Positions 49,197 through 60,000 of a stretch of DNA of 63,585 nt are shown in pieces. A program made the translations under genes and the position numbers. The notes under the pieces are model-generated. The model searched no databases. It was not told the origin of the DNA and was given only the letters and a program-made list of their open reading frames with translations. Each line of letters starts with the position of its first letter. Position 1 is the stretch's first letter. Location of the stretch: positions 140,239,911 to 140,303,495 of the forward strand of contig NC_068984.1 in the NCBI RefSeq assembly GCF_001194135.2, read 5' to 3'. The stretch comes from Octopus bimaculoides (taxonomy: Eukaryota).

Positions 49197-49994
49197 NNNN
49201 NNNNNNNNNNNNNNNNNNNNNNNNNNNNNNNNNNNNNNNNNNNNNNNNNNNNNNNNNNNNNNNNNNNNNNNNNNNNNNNNNNNNNNNNNNNNNNNNNNNN
49301 NNNNNNNNNNNNNNNNNNNNNNNNNNNNNNNNNNNNNNNNNNNNNNNNNNNNNNNNNNNNNNNNNNNNNNNNNNNNNNNNNNNNNNNNNNNNNNNNNNNN
49401 NNNNNNNNNNNNNNNNNNNNNNNNNNNNNNNNNNNNNNNNNNNNNNNNNNGAGTGTGAGTGTGAAAGTGTGTGTGCGCGCGTCCGTGTGTGTGTGTGTAT
49501 GTGTGTGTGTATGTGTGTGTGAATGTTTGTGTGTGTGTGTGTGCGTCCGTGTATGTTTCTGTGAGAGTGAGTGTGAGTGTGAGTGTGTGAGTGTGTGTGA
49601 GTGTGTGTGAGTGTGTGTGCGCGGGTCCGTGTGTGTGCGTGTGCGAGTGTGTTTTATGGGAGTGTGTGTGTGAGTGCGTGTGTGCGTGAGTGTGAGGGTG
49701 TGAGTATGTGTGTTCGGGTGTGTGAGTATGTGTGAGTATGTGTGTCTGTGCTTGTACCCACGCCCATCGCTTCACAACCGAGTGCCCCAGCATGGCCGCA
49801 GTCAAATGACTGAAACAAGTGATAGAATAAAAGAAGGATTCTTCGCCACATTTAAGGAATTCATTTAGACAACGAACGCTGCTATTTTTTTTTCCAGTTT
49901 GCGTAATCCTATTGCTAAAAAGATATTGAAAACAATAAACAAACAATGAACATACTTCACTCATTAAACTATCAGAAAACAAAAACCAGAAATT

Positions 49995-50150
49995 GAAGTG
50001 GGGACCTTCTCTTCAGAACTAAAGGAGAAATTGAGCGCTTTGAAGAAAGTAAAGATTCTCTTTATTGCATTCATTAAAGAGATTCACTGCATTCTTCAAG
50101 GAGAACCACAGCATTCATTGCAGAGAATATTTTGGAAGGCGAACGTTATG
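49995..50150 (+). mobile_element. mariner transposase C-terminal relic
   Basis: LKEKLS.. and ..SIHCREYFG resemble the mariner end motif CI...GEYFEG. Confidence 0.5.
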
Positions 50151-50966
50151 GAGAATATTGAACTCAAACGAAATTATAAAATTCCTAAAATCTTTCAGTT
50201 CAAACAATAGACCGTATTTTCAAGCGTATAAGGTGCATTTTTTTCCGAAATATTTTTCCCAGCGCCATTTTGCTGAAGGTAGGTTCTGGGTAGACTTGGT
50301 TAATGTTATCAACGATGTATGGCGGTGAGGGTGTCTGTGTGTGTAGGGGGGTGAGTGTGAATGTGTGTGTGTGAGAGAGAGAGAGTGTATGTGAGTGTAT
50401 GTGTGAGTGTGTGTGAGTGTGCGTGTGTGAGTGTGTGTGTGAGTGTTTGTGAGAGTGTGTGTGTGTGAGAGAGTGTGTGTGTGAGAGAAAGTGTGTGTGT
50501 GTGAGAGTTAGTGTGTGACTGTGTGTGTGTGAGAGAGAGTGTGAGTGTAAGAGTGTGTGAGCGTGTGAATGTGTGTGTGTGAGAGTGTGTGTGAGAGAGA
50601 GTGTGTGTGTGTGTGTGTGTGTGCGTGTGTGTGTGTGTGTGTGNNNNNNNNNNNNNNNNNNNNNNNNNNNNNNNNNNNNNNNNNNNNNNNNNNNNNNNNN
50701 NNNNNNNNNNNNNNNNNNNNNNNNNNNNNNNNNNNNNNNNNNNNNNNNNNNNNNNNNNNNNNNNNNNNNNNNNNNNNNNNNNNNNNNNNNNNNNNNNNNN
50801 NNNNNNNNNNNNNNNNNNNNNNNNNNNNNNNNNCTCCGTAAGAGATACTTTGCTAAAGATGTCTGCGGTTTTGGAATTCTCACTGGGAAGTGATTTTACT
50901 CTCAATAGCTTTATCAAGAAAACTTTCCCTGCGAAAATAGACTCAAATAACAAAACAAAAAGAGAT

Positions 50967-51058
50967 TCTAGCGAGACGGATTCGAATAACCGACCTAAGG
51001 ATGACAGCTGCATATAAACCACTACAGTTCCCCGCTCTACCAACTGAACTATCACGAG
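50967..51058 (-). pseudogene. tRNA-Tyr-GTA: tRNA-Tyr(GTA) pseudogene copy 6 (19-nt intron)
   Basis: Full length but with substitutions in both acceptor strands, D-stem, anticodon stem and T-stem. Confidence 0.85.
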
Positions 51059-51074
51059 CTCTCAGTTAAAAAAT

Positions 51075-51292
51075 GGCGGTGAGCTGGCAGAAACGTTAGC
51101 ACGCCGGGCGAAATGCTTAGCAGTATTTCGCCCGTCGCTACGTTCTGAGTTCAAAATCCGCCGAGGTCGACTTTACCTTTCATCCTTTCGGAGTCTTTAA
51201 ATTAAGTACCGGTTGCGTACTGAGATCGATCTAATCGACTGGCTCCCCTCCCCAAAAATTTCGGCCCTTGTGCCTAGAGTTGAAAAGAATAT
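51075..51292 (+). mobile_element. SINE A, full length, short tail
   Basis: GGCGGTGAGCTGGCAGAAACGTTAGC..CCTTGTGCCTAGAGTTGAAAAGAAT. Confidence 0.9.
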
Positions 51293-51709
51293 ACGCAGTT
51301 AAAAAGAAAATTATCCATACAATTAATAGATAAAATCTCCCACAGTTAAAATTAAGCAACTTTTGAAAGAAAAAATGGCAGTGATTTATTAGTAGTATTT
51401 TTAATGTTTTTATTGGTGTTGTTGTTTTGAACGAAAATAGGAATGGCAAACTGTGAGAAACACAGGAAAACCTAATTAAATGAATGACAGTAATTAATAG
51501 CCTATTTCTAGTTAATGAATTCAAATCACGCCGTAACTAAGTCTACTAATCATTCCTCAGAAATCGATAAATAATACAGAAAATATTAGAACAGTGATAA
51601 AGAAAAATTTACCTGTAATACAAAGGTATTAATGGAGCCAGTTATACGTCTGACTAGTTATGAATAATTAGTCTTGTACGTGGTGAGAAGTGATTCCGAA
51701 ACTTAAGAG

Positions 51710-52160
51710 TGGCTGCGTGGTAAGGAGTCTGCTTCCGAATCACATGGTTCCGAGTTCTGTCCCACGGTGTAGCACCTTTGGTGTCTTATATAATAGCCTC
51801 AGGCTAACCAAAGACTTGTGAGTGGATTTGGTTAGCGGAAAATGAAAGCAGTCTGTCGCGTGCATGTGTGTGTGAGTGGCGGGGGTGGGCCACAGATTGA
51901 CAACTGGTGTCGGTGTGTTTACGTCCCTGTAACTTAGCGGTTCGGCAAAAGACTAAAATAAGTAACAGGATTTTAAAAATATAAGTCCTGGGGTCGATTC
52001 ATTCTACTAAAAATTCTTCAAGGTGGTGTCCCAGCATGGCCGGTGTCTAATGACCGAAACAAGTAAAGGATTAAAAAANNNNNNNNNNTCATTCTACTAA
52101 AAATTCTTCAAGGTGGTGTCCCAGCATGGCCGGTGTCTAATGACCGAAACAAGTAAAGGA
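51710..52160 (+). mobile_element. SINE B, near full length (tail duplicated across a 10-N gap)
   Basis: Collinear with 461-965. Confidence 0.8.
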
Positions 52161-52259
52161 TTAAAAAAAAAAAAGATAAGCGATGTAACGAAGGAATATT
52201 TTGGTTAATTGACAGAAGGACGTAGGTGTGTAAGCGAATTCTTTAACCACCAAGCCACA

Positions 52260-52647
52260 CCCCTTCATGTGCTCTTCTTACGTGATGATATAAGACACGC
52301 ACACTGCCTGGGTCACACAGGAAAAGGTTCCGGCACTAAATATGGAAGTATAACCTCATGCTCCTTGCTTTCCTGGCCTTGCTACATCTGGCTATCCATC
52401 TTTTCAGACCACTGCAACATTATATGAAGGGAAAACAGTTTATTAACTGTGACAGGTTAAAAATGATATTAAGTGATCCTTTGAGACCTGAAGAAAATTA
52501 CACTCGAGGGATCAACAGTTTGCCGAGTAGATGGGATCATGTTATCAATAAAGAAGAGAAATTATTATCTTGATTAAATACATCAATTAACACAAAAGAA
52601 ACATTTCATTCTTTATTAATGAGACAGGACTTTCTTTCCAATTTAAT
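52260..52647 (+). mobile_element. mariner (DD34D) transposase C-terminal relic with right TIR
   Basis: HTAWVTQEKVPALNMEV*PHAP..HLFRPLQHYMKGKQF..RGINSLPSRWDHVI; end GACAGGACTTTCTTTCCAATTTAATA. Confidence 0.8.
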
Positions 52648-53229
52648 ATTTTCATTCCTTTTCAGAATCTGACGGGGAAAGAAAGACATACGTGAATTAC
52701 CTTAGGGTAAATGTGGAGAAACATGGTGTAATATTGATGAAATGGGATTGTATAAAACTCTATAGTTTACGTGAAATGCCGAAACGAAAACAGAGTATTG
52801 TTTATTAATGAGAAAGAATAATCTTTTATTTTAAAGGCACGGATATGAGGAGGACTGAAAACCATTTAAATAACTTATAAGTATACAAATTGAAGCAACA
52901 TTGAAAAGCATTGATTTTTAAGATGCTTAAAAGTGAAACAATACTTCCATTTTTAAAGTGTGTATTACGAGAAAAAGACATGAAGATAATTTCGAAGTAT
53001 TTCATTAAAAGAGTTAGAAATATATTAATTGTAAAACATAATGATGTATAAAAATCAGTAGAAATTTCCTGTTTGACTTTACTGCAGTACCACCTCCTTT
53101 TCGTTTCGGTATTTCTAGAAAACTATGATGTTTTTATGTTCCCGATTTCTTCGAAATTATACAGCAATTCTCTACGTTTACATACATTTTGTAGACTTGG
53201 CAGTCTCTGTCACAGGTAGACGGATACTG

Positions 53230-53440
53230 GCTTCAAATTTTAGCACAAGGTCAGAAAATTTAAGGAGAGGGGCAAGTCGATGTAATTGACCCCATTGATC
53301 AACTGGTAGTTATTGTATCGATCCCGTAAGAATAAAAAGGAAATTCGACCTCGACAGAATTTGAACTCAGAACGTAAAGACGAACAAAATGCCGCTAAAC
53401 ATTTTGCTCGGGATGCTAGCGATTCTGCAAGCTCGCTGCC
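53230..53440 (-). mobile_element. SINE A (short tail)
   Basis: Family core and head in reverse complement. Confidence 0.8.
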
Positions 53441-53577
53441 TTATCGGTAAACGAATGATACCATCGACTTGAAAAACTGTAATGCATGGAAACCTCGTCA
53501 ACATTTGATCAGTAACAGAAACAAGTAGAATACAACGACTATGAGAGTGAAGGCAAAAAAAAAATAACTAAAACGGA

Positions 53578-53669
53578 TCTCGCGAGACGGATTCGAACCA
53601 CCGACCTAAGGATTACAGATTTTAACAACGCACTACAGTCCTCCGCTCTACCAACTGAGCTATCGCGAG
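53578..53669 (-). tRNA. tRNA-Tyr-GTA: tRNA-Tyr(GTA) copy 7, intact, 19-nt intron (53614-53632)
   Basis: Exons identical to copy 2; T-run terminator. Confidence 0.97.
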
Positions 53670-53764
53670 AACGTAACACCGACGATCAAAATAGTATATA
53701 TTATCACCAGTTCTGTTTTTTGTTTTCGTTAATCATGTGATTTGTTACTTTCTTTTATCAGGAA

Positions 53765-54145
53765 TGGTTTCAAATTCTGGCACAAGGCCTGAAATTTTCT
53801 TTAGCAGAGGATTCAGTCGATTACATCGAACCCAATGCGTAGCTGGTACTTATTTATCGATCCCGAAAGGATGAAAGGCAACGCCGATCTCAACATAAAC
53901 ACGAACGAAATGCTGCTAATTTTTTTTCCAGCGCGCCAACAATTCTAGTTTGCTGCCTTTCTTCTGCTAATAATTCTTCTTATAGACACAAGGCCAGGAA
54001 TCTGGGGGAAATGGACTAATCGATTACATCGACCCCAGTGCTAAATTGGTATTTATTTCATCGACCTGAAAGGATGAATGCATAACAACCAACAAAAGCC
54101 GCTAAGCCTTCTGTCCGCTGTGCTAACGATTCTGCCAGCTCGCTG
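53765..54145 (-). mobile_element. Two tandem SINE A copies
   Basis: Core repeated at ~53820 and ~54020. Confidence 0.8.
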
Positions 54146-54197
54146 CATTATCAAAATAAAATAAGTATATATTACGAATAAAAACAAAAAACAATTA

Positions 54198-54289
54198 TCT
54201 CGTGCGACGGATTCAAACCACCGACTTAAGGATAATAATTCTTAATAAACCATTACAGTCCTCCGCTCTACAAACTGAGCTATTGCGAG
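54198..54289 (-). pseudogene. tRNA-Tyr-GTA: tRNA-Tyr(GTA) pseudogene copy 8 (19-nt intron)
   Basis: B-box TTCGA>TTTGA, acceptor mismatches, G37>A, loss of intron -3 G. Confidence 0.85.
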
Positions 54290-54433
54290 AACACGTTATT
54301 AATAAGTAACAGAAATCTTGCGAACGATTTAAAGCATTAAAACCTCGGCAACATTTGATCAGTAACAGAAGAAAATACGAGACGTAACAGAAACAACGTA
54401 GATATAATGCATGTATAAGGAACAAAAAGAAAA

Positions 54434-54495
54434 TCTCGCGAGACGGATTCGAACCACCGACATAAGGATAACAGTTTTTGATTAATCACTACAGT
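54434..54495 (-). pseudogene. tRNA-Tyr-GTA: 5'-truncated tRNA-Tyr copy 9 (anticodon loop + 19-nt intron + 3' exon)
   Basis: Homology stops at ACTGTAG; lies 24 bp downstream of copy 10. Confidence 0.85.
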
Positions 54496-54519
54496 AGCGT
54501 GAGAAAAAGCAAAAACGGA

Positions 54520-54611
54520 TCTCGCGAGACGGATTCGAACCACCGACCTAAGGATTACAGATTTTAACAACTCACTACAGTCCTCCGCTCTACCAACTGA
54601 GCTATCGCGAG
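54520..54611 (-). tRNA. tRNA-Tyr-GTA: tRNA-Tyr(GTA) copy 10, intact, 19-nt intron (54556-54574)
   Basis: Exons identical to copy 2; T5 terminator. Confidence 0.96.
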
Positions 54612-55289
54612 AACACGCCAGATAAGCTCAAAGTTACTTATTTTAAATCTTCTGTTTTTGCTATTACTCTATCGACATTCTTCCTTTGTTACGTTGATGA
54701 TAAAACCAGACTATCAAATGGTGTGTGACATTTGTATACAAGTCTCTATATGCTTGTGTGTTTACGAGATTTATGTTTCTATCACAGATACGAATGTTGG
54801 CTCTGAGCGCATAAGTATATGAGAGCGTGTTTCTGTGTAACGTTGATTTTTATAACCATTAGTATTGGAAAACATGAATATTTTTTTTTAACAACACGCC
54901 ACCAATCGGTAAACTCAACGCCCCTTTCTCAATATATAAGGGAGGTAAGTCTGCACAAAACTGCGTTGGAGAAAATTGATTTATTTTCTCCTTCTACTTT
55001 GCAAACCCTCAAGGAATTCCGATGCAAAAGCTATATTCAATTATGAACGGGATAAATAATTTGAATTTATTGCTACAATCAGAAAAACCAAATTCCAAGA
55101 CACGAGACGAGAGAGAAGGGGATCTCCATACATCCTGCCCAAAAGAACCACAATACAAGCTTCCCAACCGCCACCAAGTATCGACGACCACACTAGAGTT
55201 GGCAGAATACCAATAGCTTCTGGGAATATAGTAACGGTATTGAATAATCTTATATTGTGCTTGATGGGTTAAAGGAGAATTTTGTTTTT

Positions 55290-55650
55290 CACAATATAGA
55301 AACATTTCTCATGGCACCAGCAGACAAAATGGATATGGTGTTGCCCCATAGGATAGCAAGGAAAATGTGCTGCGATGAGGCTCGCACTTCCGGACAGCAA
55401 TCTCTGCAGTGAGCAAAGATATGATCCGAGGGCCAAGAACACCAGAGGTCTCAACTGCCTCAAGCTCGACCGAAAACTTCCCAGAGACCGACCGATACCT
55501 TGACAGTTTGCTTTTCTCAGCCTGACGAGTAGCGGAGCCTGGGCTGATAGCTGACGACACCAAGATGCTGCTGAAGAAGGTGTCACGGCATTTGGCATCC
55601 CAGATGAGGGGCCTATCACCACGGAACGAGAAAACTGTTATACCAATAAA
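55290..55650 (-). mobile_element. CRE-like non-LTR retrotransposon 3' end (restriction-like endonuclease)
   Basis: GITVFSFRGDRPLIWDAKCRDT..RQAEKSKLSRYRSV..LEAVETSGVLG..E.R..F, then LAILWGNTISIL; matches DG.T..P...G..LVWD.TC.DT..AE..K..KY..AVET.G..QRGN. Confidence 0.7.
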
Positions 55651-55744
55651 CAACATCGCGAAGGTCTCGCCACCCACTTCCATTGTCGCACAAGTGACCC
55701 CAAAGTCTACCAGTACATCCCTCTGTCTCTTCAGATTGAGATTA

Positions 55745-55951
55745 TACTTACTCTTTTACTTGTTTCAGTCATTTGACTGTGGCCATGCTGGAGCACCACC
55801 TTTAGTTGAGCAAATCGACCCCAGGACTTATTCTTTGTGAGCTTAATACTTATTTTATCGTTCTCTTTTGCCGAACCGCTAAGTTACGGGGATGTAAACA
55901 CACCAGCATCGGTTGTCAAGCAATGTTGGGGGGACAAACACAGACACATAT

Positions 55952-56023
<72 letters not shown>

Positions 56024-56200
56024 TATATACATATATACGACGGGCTTCTTTCAGTTTCCGTCCACCAAATCCACTCACAAGGCTTTGGTTGGCCCGAGGC
56101 TATAGTAGAAGACACTTGCGCAAGGTTCCACGCAATGGGACTGAAACCGGAACCATATGGTTCGTAAGCAAGCTACTTACCACACAGCCACTCCTACACC
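55745..56200 (-). mobile_element. SINE B, full length
   Basis: Complete reverse complement including (TA)n centre. Confidence 0.9.
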
Positions 56201-56381
56201 TATGTACTTGTGTATAGAATTGAACTTGTTTATTTTTTACACACACATATACATCGATATGTATACATTCGTGAACATTCAGCACGAATTGAAGAATCTA
56301 AAACACGCTCAAACCGAACACAGAAGACACGGGAGAATAAATAATTATGTAAGGAAATACAGGAGAGGGGTAAATTTGGTT

Positions 56382-56450
56382 GATGGGGGATGGATTTGAG
56401 CCACCGACCTAAGGATAAGGATTACTACTCTTTACCAACTTAGCCACCAC
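56382..56450 (-). pseudogene. Heavily decayed tRNA-Tyr relic copy 11
   Basis: GGATTTGAGCCACCGACCTAAGGAT..CTTTACCAACTTAGC, followed by the same upstream flank and SINE A as copies 3 and 7. Confidence 0.65.
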
Positions 56451-56554
56451 CAAACACGAAGTCGCGCGTCAAACTTATGCATATTATTACCAGTTCTATT
56501 TTTGCTATCACTAATCAAGCAATTTGATATTTACGCTAATGATCCTTTCTACTA

Positions 56555-56755
56555 AAGGCACAAGGCCTGAAATTTTGGGGGAGGAGAATAGTCGATTACA
56601 CCAACCCCAGTGTTCTACTGGTACTTAATTTATCGATCCCCAAAAGATGAAAGGCAAAGTCGACCTCGGCAGAGTTACAACTTGAACTCAGAACGTAAAG
56701 ACGGACGAAATGCCACCAAGCATTTCGCCCGGTGTGCTAACGATTCTGCCAGCTC
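56555..56755 (-). mobile_element. SINE A
   Basis: Family core and head in reverse complement. Confidence 0.8.
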
Positions 56756-57171
56756 ACAGCGTTTATTAACGTTAATAATAAAACCCGGATCTTTGTGGTT
56801 TACGTCACTGTTTAAAATTGTGTTCCAATTGTTTTCAAATTTGGCATATGGATTAAGTTTTGTATGCTGATTAAGAAAATGAAATTCATTTTCCCTATAA
56901 ATCCATAATTAAAAGGTTATTGGCCTTTAAAGTTTGCAAAATTTGGGTACTTTACCCAATCAGAAGCGGGTATTTTAGACATCACCGTGGCTAAGAAGTT
57001 TGTTTCTATAGTAACCAAAGATGCTGCGCTTACGCACAAGGAGTGTAACCACCACTTGTTCTATAATTCTATTTATAACAGATGGGACTCACACCCTAAA
57101 ATCCTAGAGTGTAGTGCAAACTTTTGTTCTTGGATTTTTTAAAGTAATAAATGTCTGTTTTAAACAATATT

Positions 57172-57460
57172 TTGACTGTTATTTCTAGCAACTCCTGTTG
57201 GTTTGTTCGTAGCTTTAAAATATTTACTTTGCTCACGAATGTTTTAATGTTAACTTTGCTCGTGTATATTTTAATCCTTTGACTGTTATTTCTAGCAACT
57301 CCTGTTGGTTTGTTCATAGCTTTAACATATATAATTTGCTCATGAATGTTTTAATGTTAACTTTGCTCGTGTATATTTTAATGTTTTGACTGTTATTTCT
57401 AGCAACTCCTGTTGGTTTGTTCGTAGCTTTTAAATATTTAATTTGCTCGCGAATGTTTTC
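57172..57460. repeat. 107-bp tandem repeat, about 2.7 copies
   Basis: TTGACTGTTATTTCTAGCAACTCCTGTTGGTTTGTTC recurs at 57172, 57279 and 57386. Confidence 0.9.
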
Positions 57461-57719
57461 GTATTTTTCAGTTTACTGTTGCTAGTTTAATGTTTTTATA
57501 TACAACGAACGCGCTGTTTTCTGATTGGCTGAAAATTCTGAAAATTATCAAATTTTGAAGACCTGTAACATTTTTGCGAATTTTTTCTGGAATAAATGAA
57601 TAACAAATTCGGATTCAGCATCAAAAATTACATCTATATGATACATTAAAAAATTATTTTAAAGATAATTGTAAACAGTGTCGAAAAACACAAAGATCCT
57701 AAAACCGTACCGGTTAAAT

Positions 57720-58465
57720 TGTACGTAGTGTAAATGTTTGTATATGTCTGTATATGTGTGTGTTTAAGAGATGTTTGTTTCCATATAAAGTATGTCAGAG
57801 GGCGTAAAGCTAGTTTTTACTGTAATTATTGTTGCAAAACTTTCGAATGAAAAATTACCCCAAATTGTTGTTGTTTAGCTCCAAGTCGGCCTTCATTCAC
57901 TTTAATTATAATTGATGGCCTTCCAGAATTGCCTATCTTATCGGGTTGCTTAGATATCTTGCCAGCAACACAACCGAAATTCTCATGTGAACAAAGTCCT
58001 CTAGCGTTTGTCGTCAAGTGGAAGCATTACACAAACTTTTGCAGAAAAGTCGTCCATCATTGCTCAATCGTAAAAAGTTTGTTCTTACACAATAACGCAA
58101 AACCACATATTGCCCAAATTGCACAGGAAAAGATTATAACATTAAATATTGAGGTTTTGTCTCATCCTCCTTACTTTGCTGACCTTATTCCATCGGACTA
58201 TCCATCTTTTCAGACCATTGCAACATCATTTAGAGAAAAGCAGCTTATAAAGTGTGAAGAGTTAAAATATGATATCGAGTGTTGCTTTACTTCGAAACCT
58301 GAAGAATTTTACACCTTAAAATCGACAATTTGCCAAATAGCTAGGATTATGTAAATAATAATGAAGAGTAATATCATCACGATTAAACATATCAATTAAG
58401 ACCAAAGAAATCATTCTTTATCTTGAAATGCGACAGGACTTTCTTTCCAACATAATACTTCCATC
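57720..58465 (+). mobile_element. Internally deleted mariner relic, same family as 52260-52647
   Basis: FLHNNAKPHIAQIAQEKI..EVLSHPPYFADLIPSDY; right TIR CAGGACTTTCTTTCCAACATAATA. Confidence 0.8.
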
Positions 58466-58879
58466 TCGTTCGTAATCCGATTAAAAACAATCCCGAATTA
58501 TCTTAGACTGGGTGTGAGAAATACGACGTGAATGCGAAGAAATTGGGAAAATATAAAGCACTATAGTTTACGTGAAATGCCGGAACGAAAACAAAGAATT
58601 GTTTATTACAGAAAGAAAAATACTTTCATTTCAAAAACGCTTGTATAACGAGGATTGGAAAACATTTAAATAACTTATAAGGATTTAATTAAGAGTAACA
58701 TGAAAAAAACTTTAATTTTAAGATGCCATGATGTATACAGGAGACAACAATACAATCGTTTTAACATTGAATGAATTTCAAGAAAATAAGTTGGTGCCTT
58801 TAGAGTTCGGAGGCGCGTGGCCGAGTAATTAGAGGTGTTGCGCTCATGATCGTAAACTTTTGGTTTCGATTCCCGATAC

Positions 58880-59500
58880 TAAAGGATTTTGTTCCGTTCG
58901 GCAACAGAAGCAGTGACCCTTCCATTTACCGCAGTTTCCAGGATGTGGGAGGGAACAAAGGCGTTGCAGAATGTGGCATCCCAAATGAGGCACCTACCTC
59001 TTACCCAAGGACAGAGAGTAAGACCATTTGGTCTCTACCCATCACTTCTGGATAATCCCGCCGGCTCCAGAACAGAGGGGATATTAACCCGAGCCCTGGC
59101 CCGCGTAATGGCTAAGCTTAGCTCAGTGTGACGAGCGAAACAACCAGCATTCAGGCGGCAGGACAAACCATGAAGGGTTGTGGAGTCGGAGGGGCCTACA
59201 CAGTGATATCTCAGTCACCTGCAGACGTCGGCTCCAACTCCGAGAGCAATGAAGATGCGAGATTGAGTAAACCACCAATGATGGACACAGGCAGGGTATG
59301 AATTCAGTCCCCTGAGAATTTTGCACTTGCAGAAAGTGGGAGACACCTTGAAAATTGATCAGATTGACCAAAAAGAGAGTTGAAAGTAACACCTGAGTGC
59401 AGATTGCCCCATATTCTCTGCTTCCGTCTATTCTCAGCTGTGTCAGGAACTGACAAACCCAGTTCTCGCCACTGTAGCAGAGTTCCATCCATCTCCGTGT
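58880..59500 (+). mobile_element. Probable decayed LINE ORF2 C-terminal region
   Basis: Stop-riddled frame with *HLSADCPIF, resembling the end of a C-terminal CCHC knuckle; weak. Confidence 0.35.
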
Positions 59501-59512
59501 TAAAACTAGTCC

Positions 59513-59770
59513 ATGTTGGAAAGGAGACTTCGATGTTTAAATACAATGTAATGTAAATGTTTGCATATGTCTGTATATGTGTGTGTTTAGAAGGTATTTG
59601 TTTCTACAATGTACGTCAGAGCGTGTAAAGCTCGTTTTTACTGAGATGACTTGGAAAACTTTCGAATGAAAAATTACGATTTTCGTCTCCAGCAAATATT
59701 TCCAACGTCATTTCTTTAATTTGTCATATCAGAATTGTTCTGAAGGACAACAAAGACTAAAAACCAAATC
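59513..59770 (+). mobile_element. Left end of a mariner of the same family (homologous to 57720-57870)
   Basis: ATGTTGGAAAG matches the reverse complement of the right TIR; ~140 bp collinear with 57720-57870. Confidence 0.55.
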
Positions 59771-59948
59771 ATCTATCGTTGTAGTATTTGTTAACTTTGG
59801 CGAAACCGGATTTTACTCTCGTTCTTAATCGATTGTGTATACAAGAAAATTAATCGAATATATATTGGAAATTCTTTCTCGTATACTATATGATTCTGAA
59901 ATGTAAGATTCTGAAATATAAGATCTTATTCAAAACTTTAATCTCTCC

Positions 59949-60000
<52 letters not shown>

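Noticed and set aside
51990-52170. Exact ~80-bp tandem duplication of the SINE B tail
   Set aside because: The copies sit either side of a 10-N scaffold gap: typical unmerged contig overlap artefact.
56382-56450. Copy 11 as a functional or novel tRNA
   Set aside because: No intact anticodon arm, B-box mutated; treated as a decayed Tyr relic.
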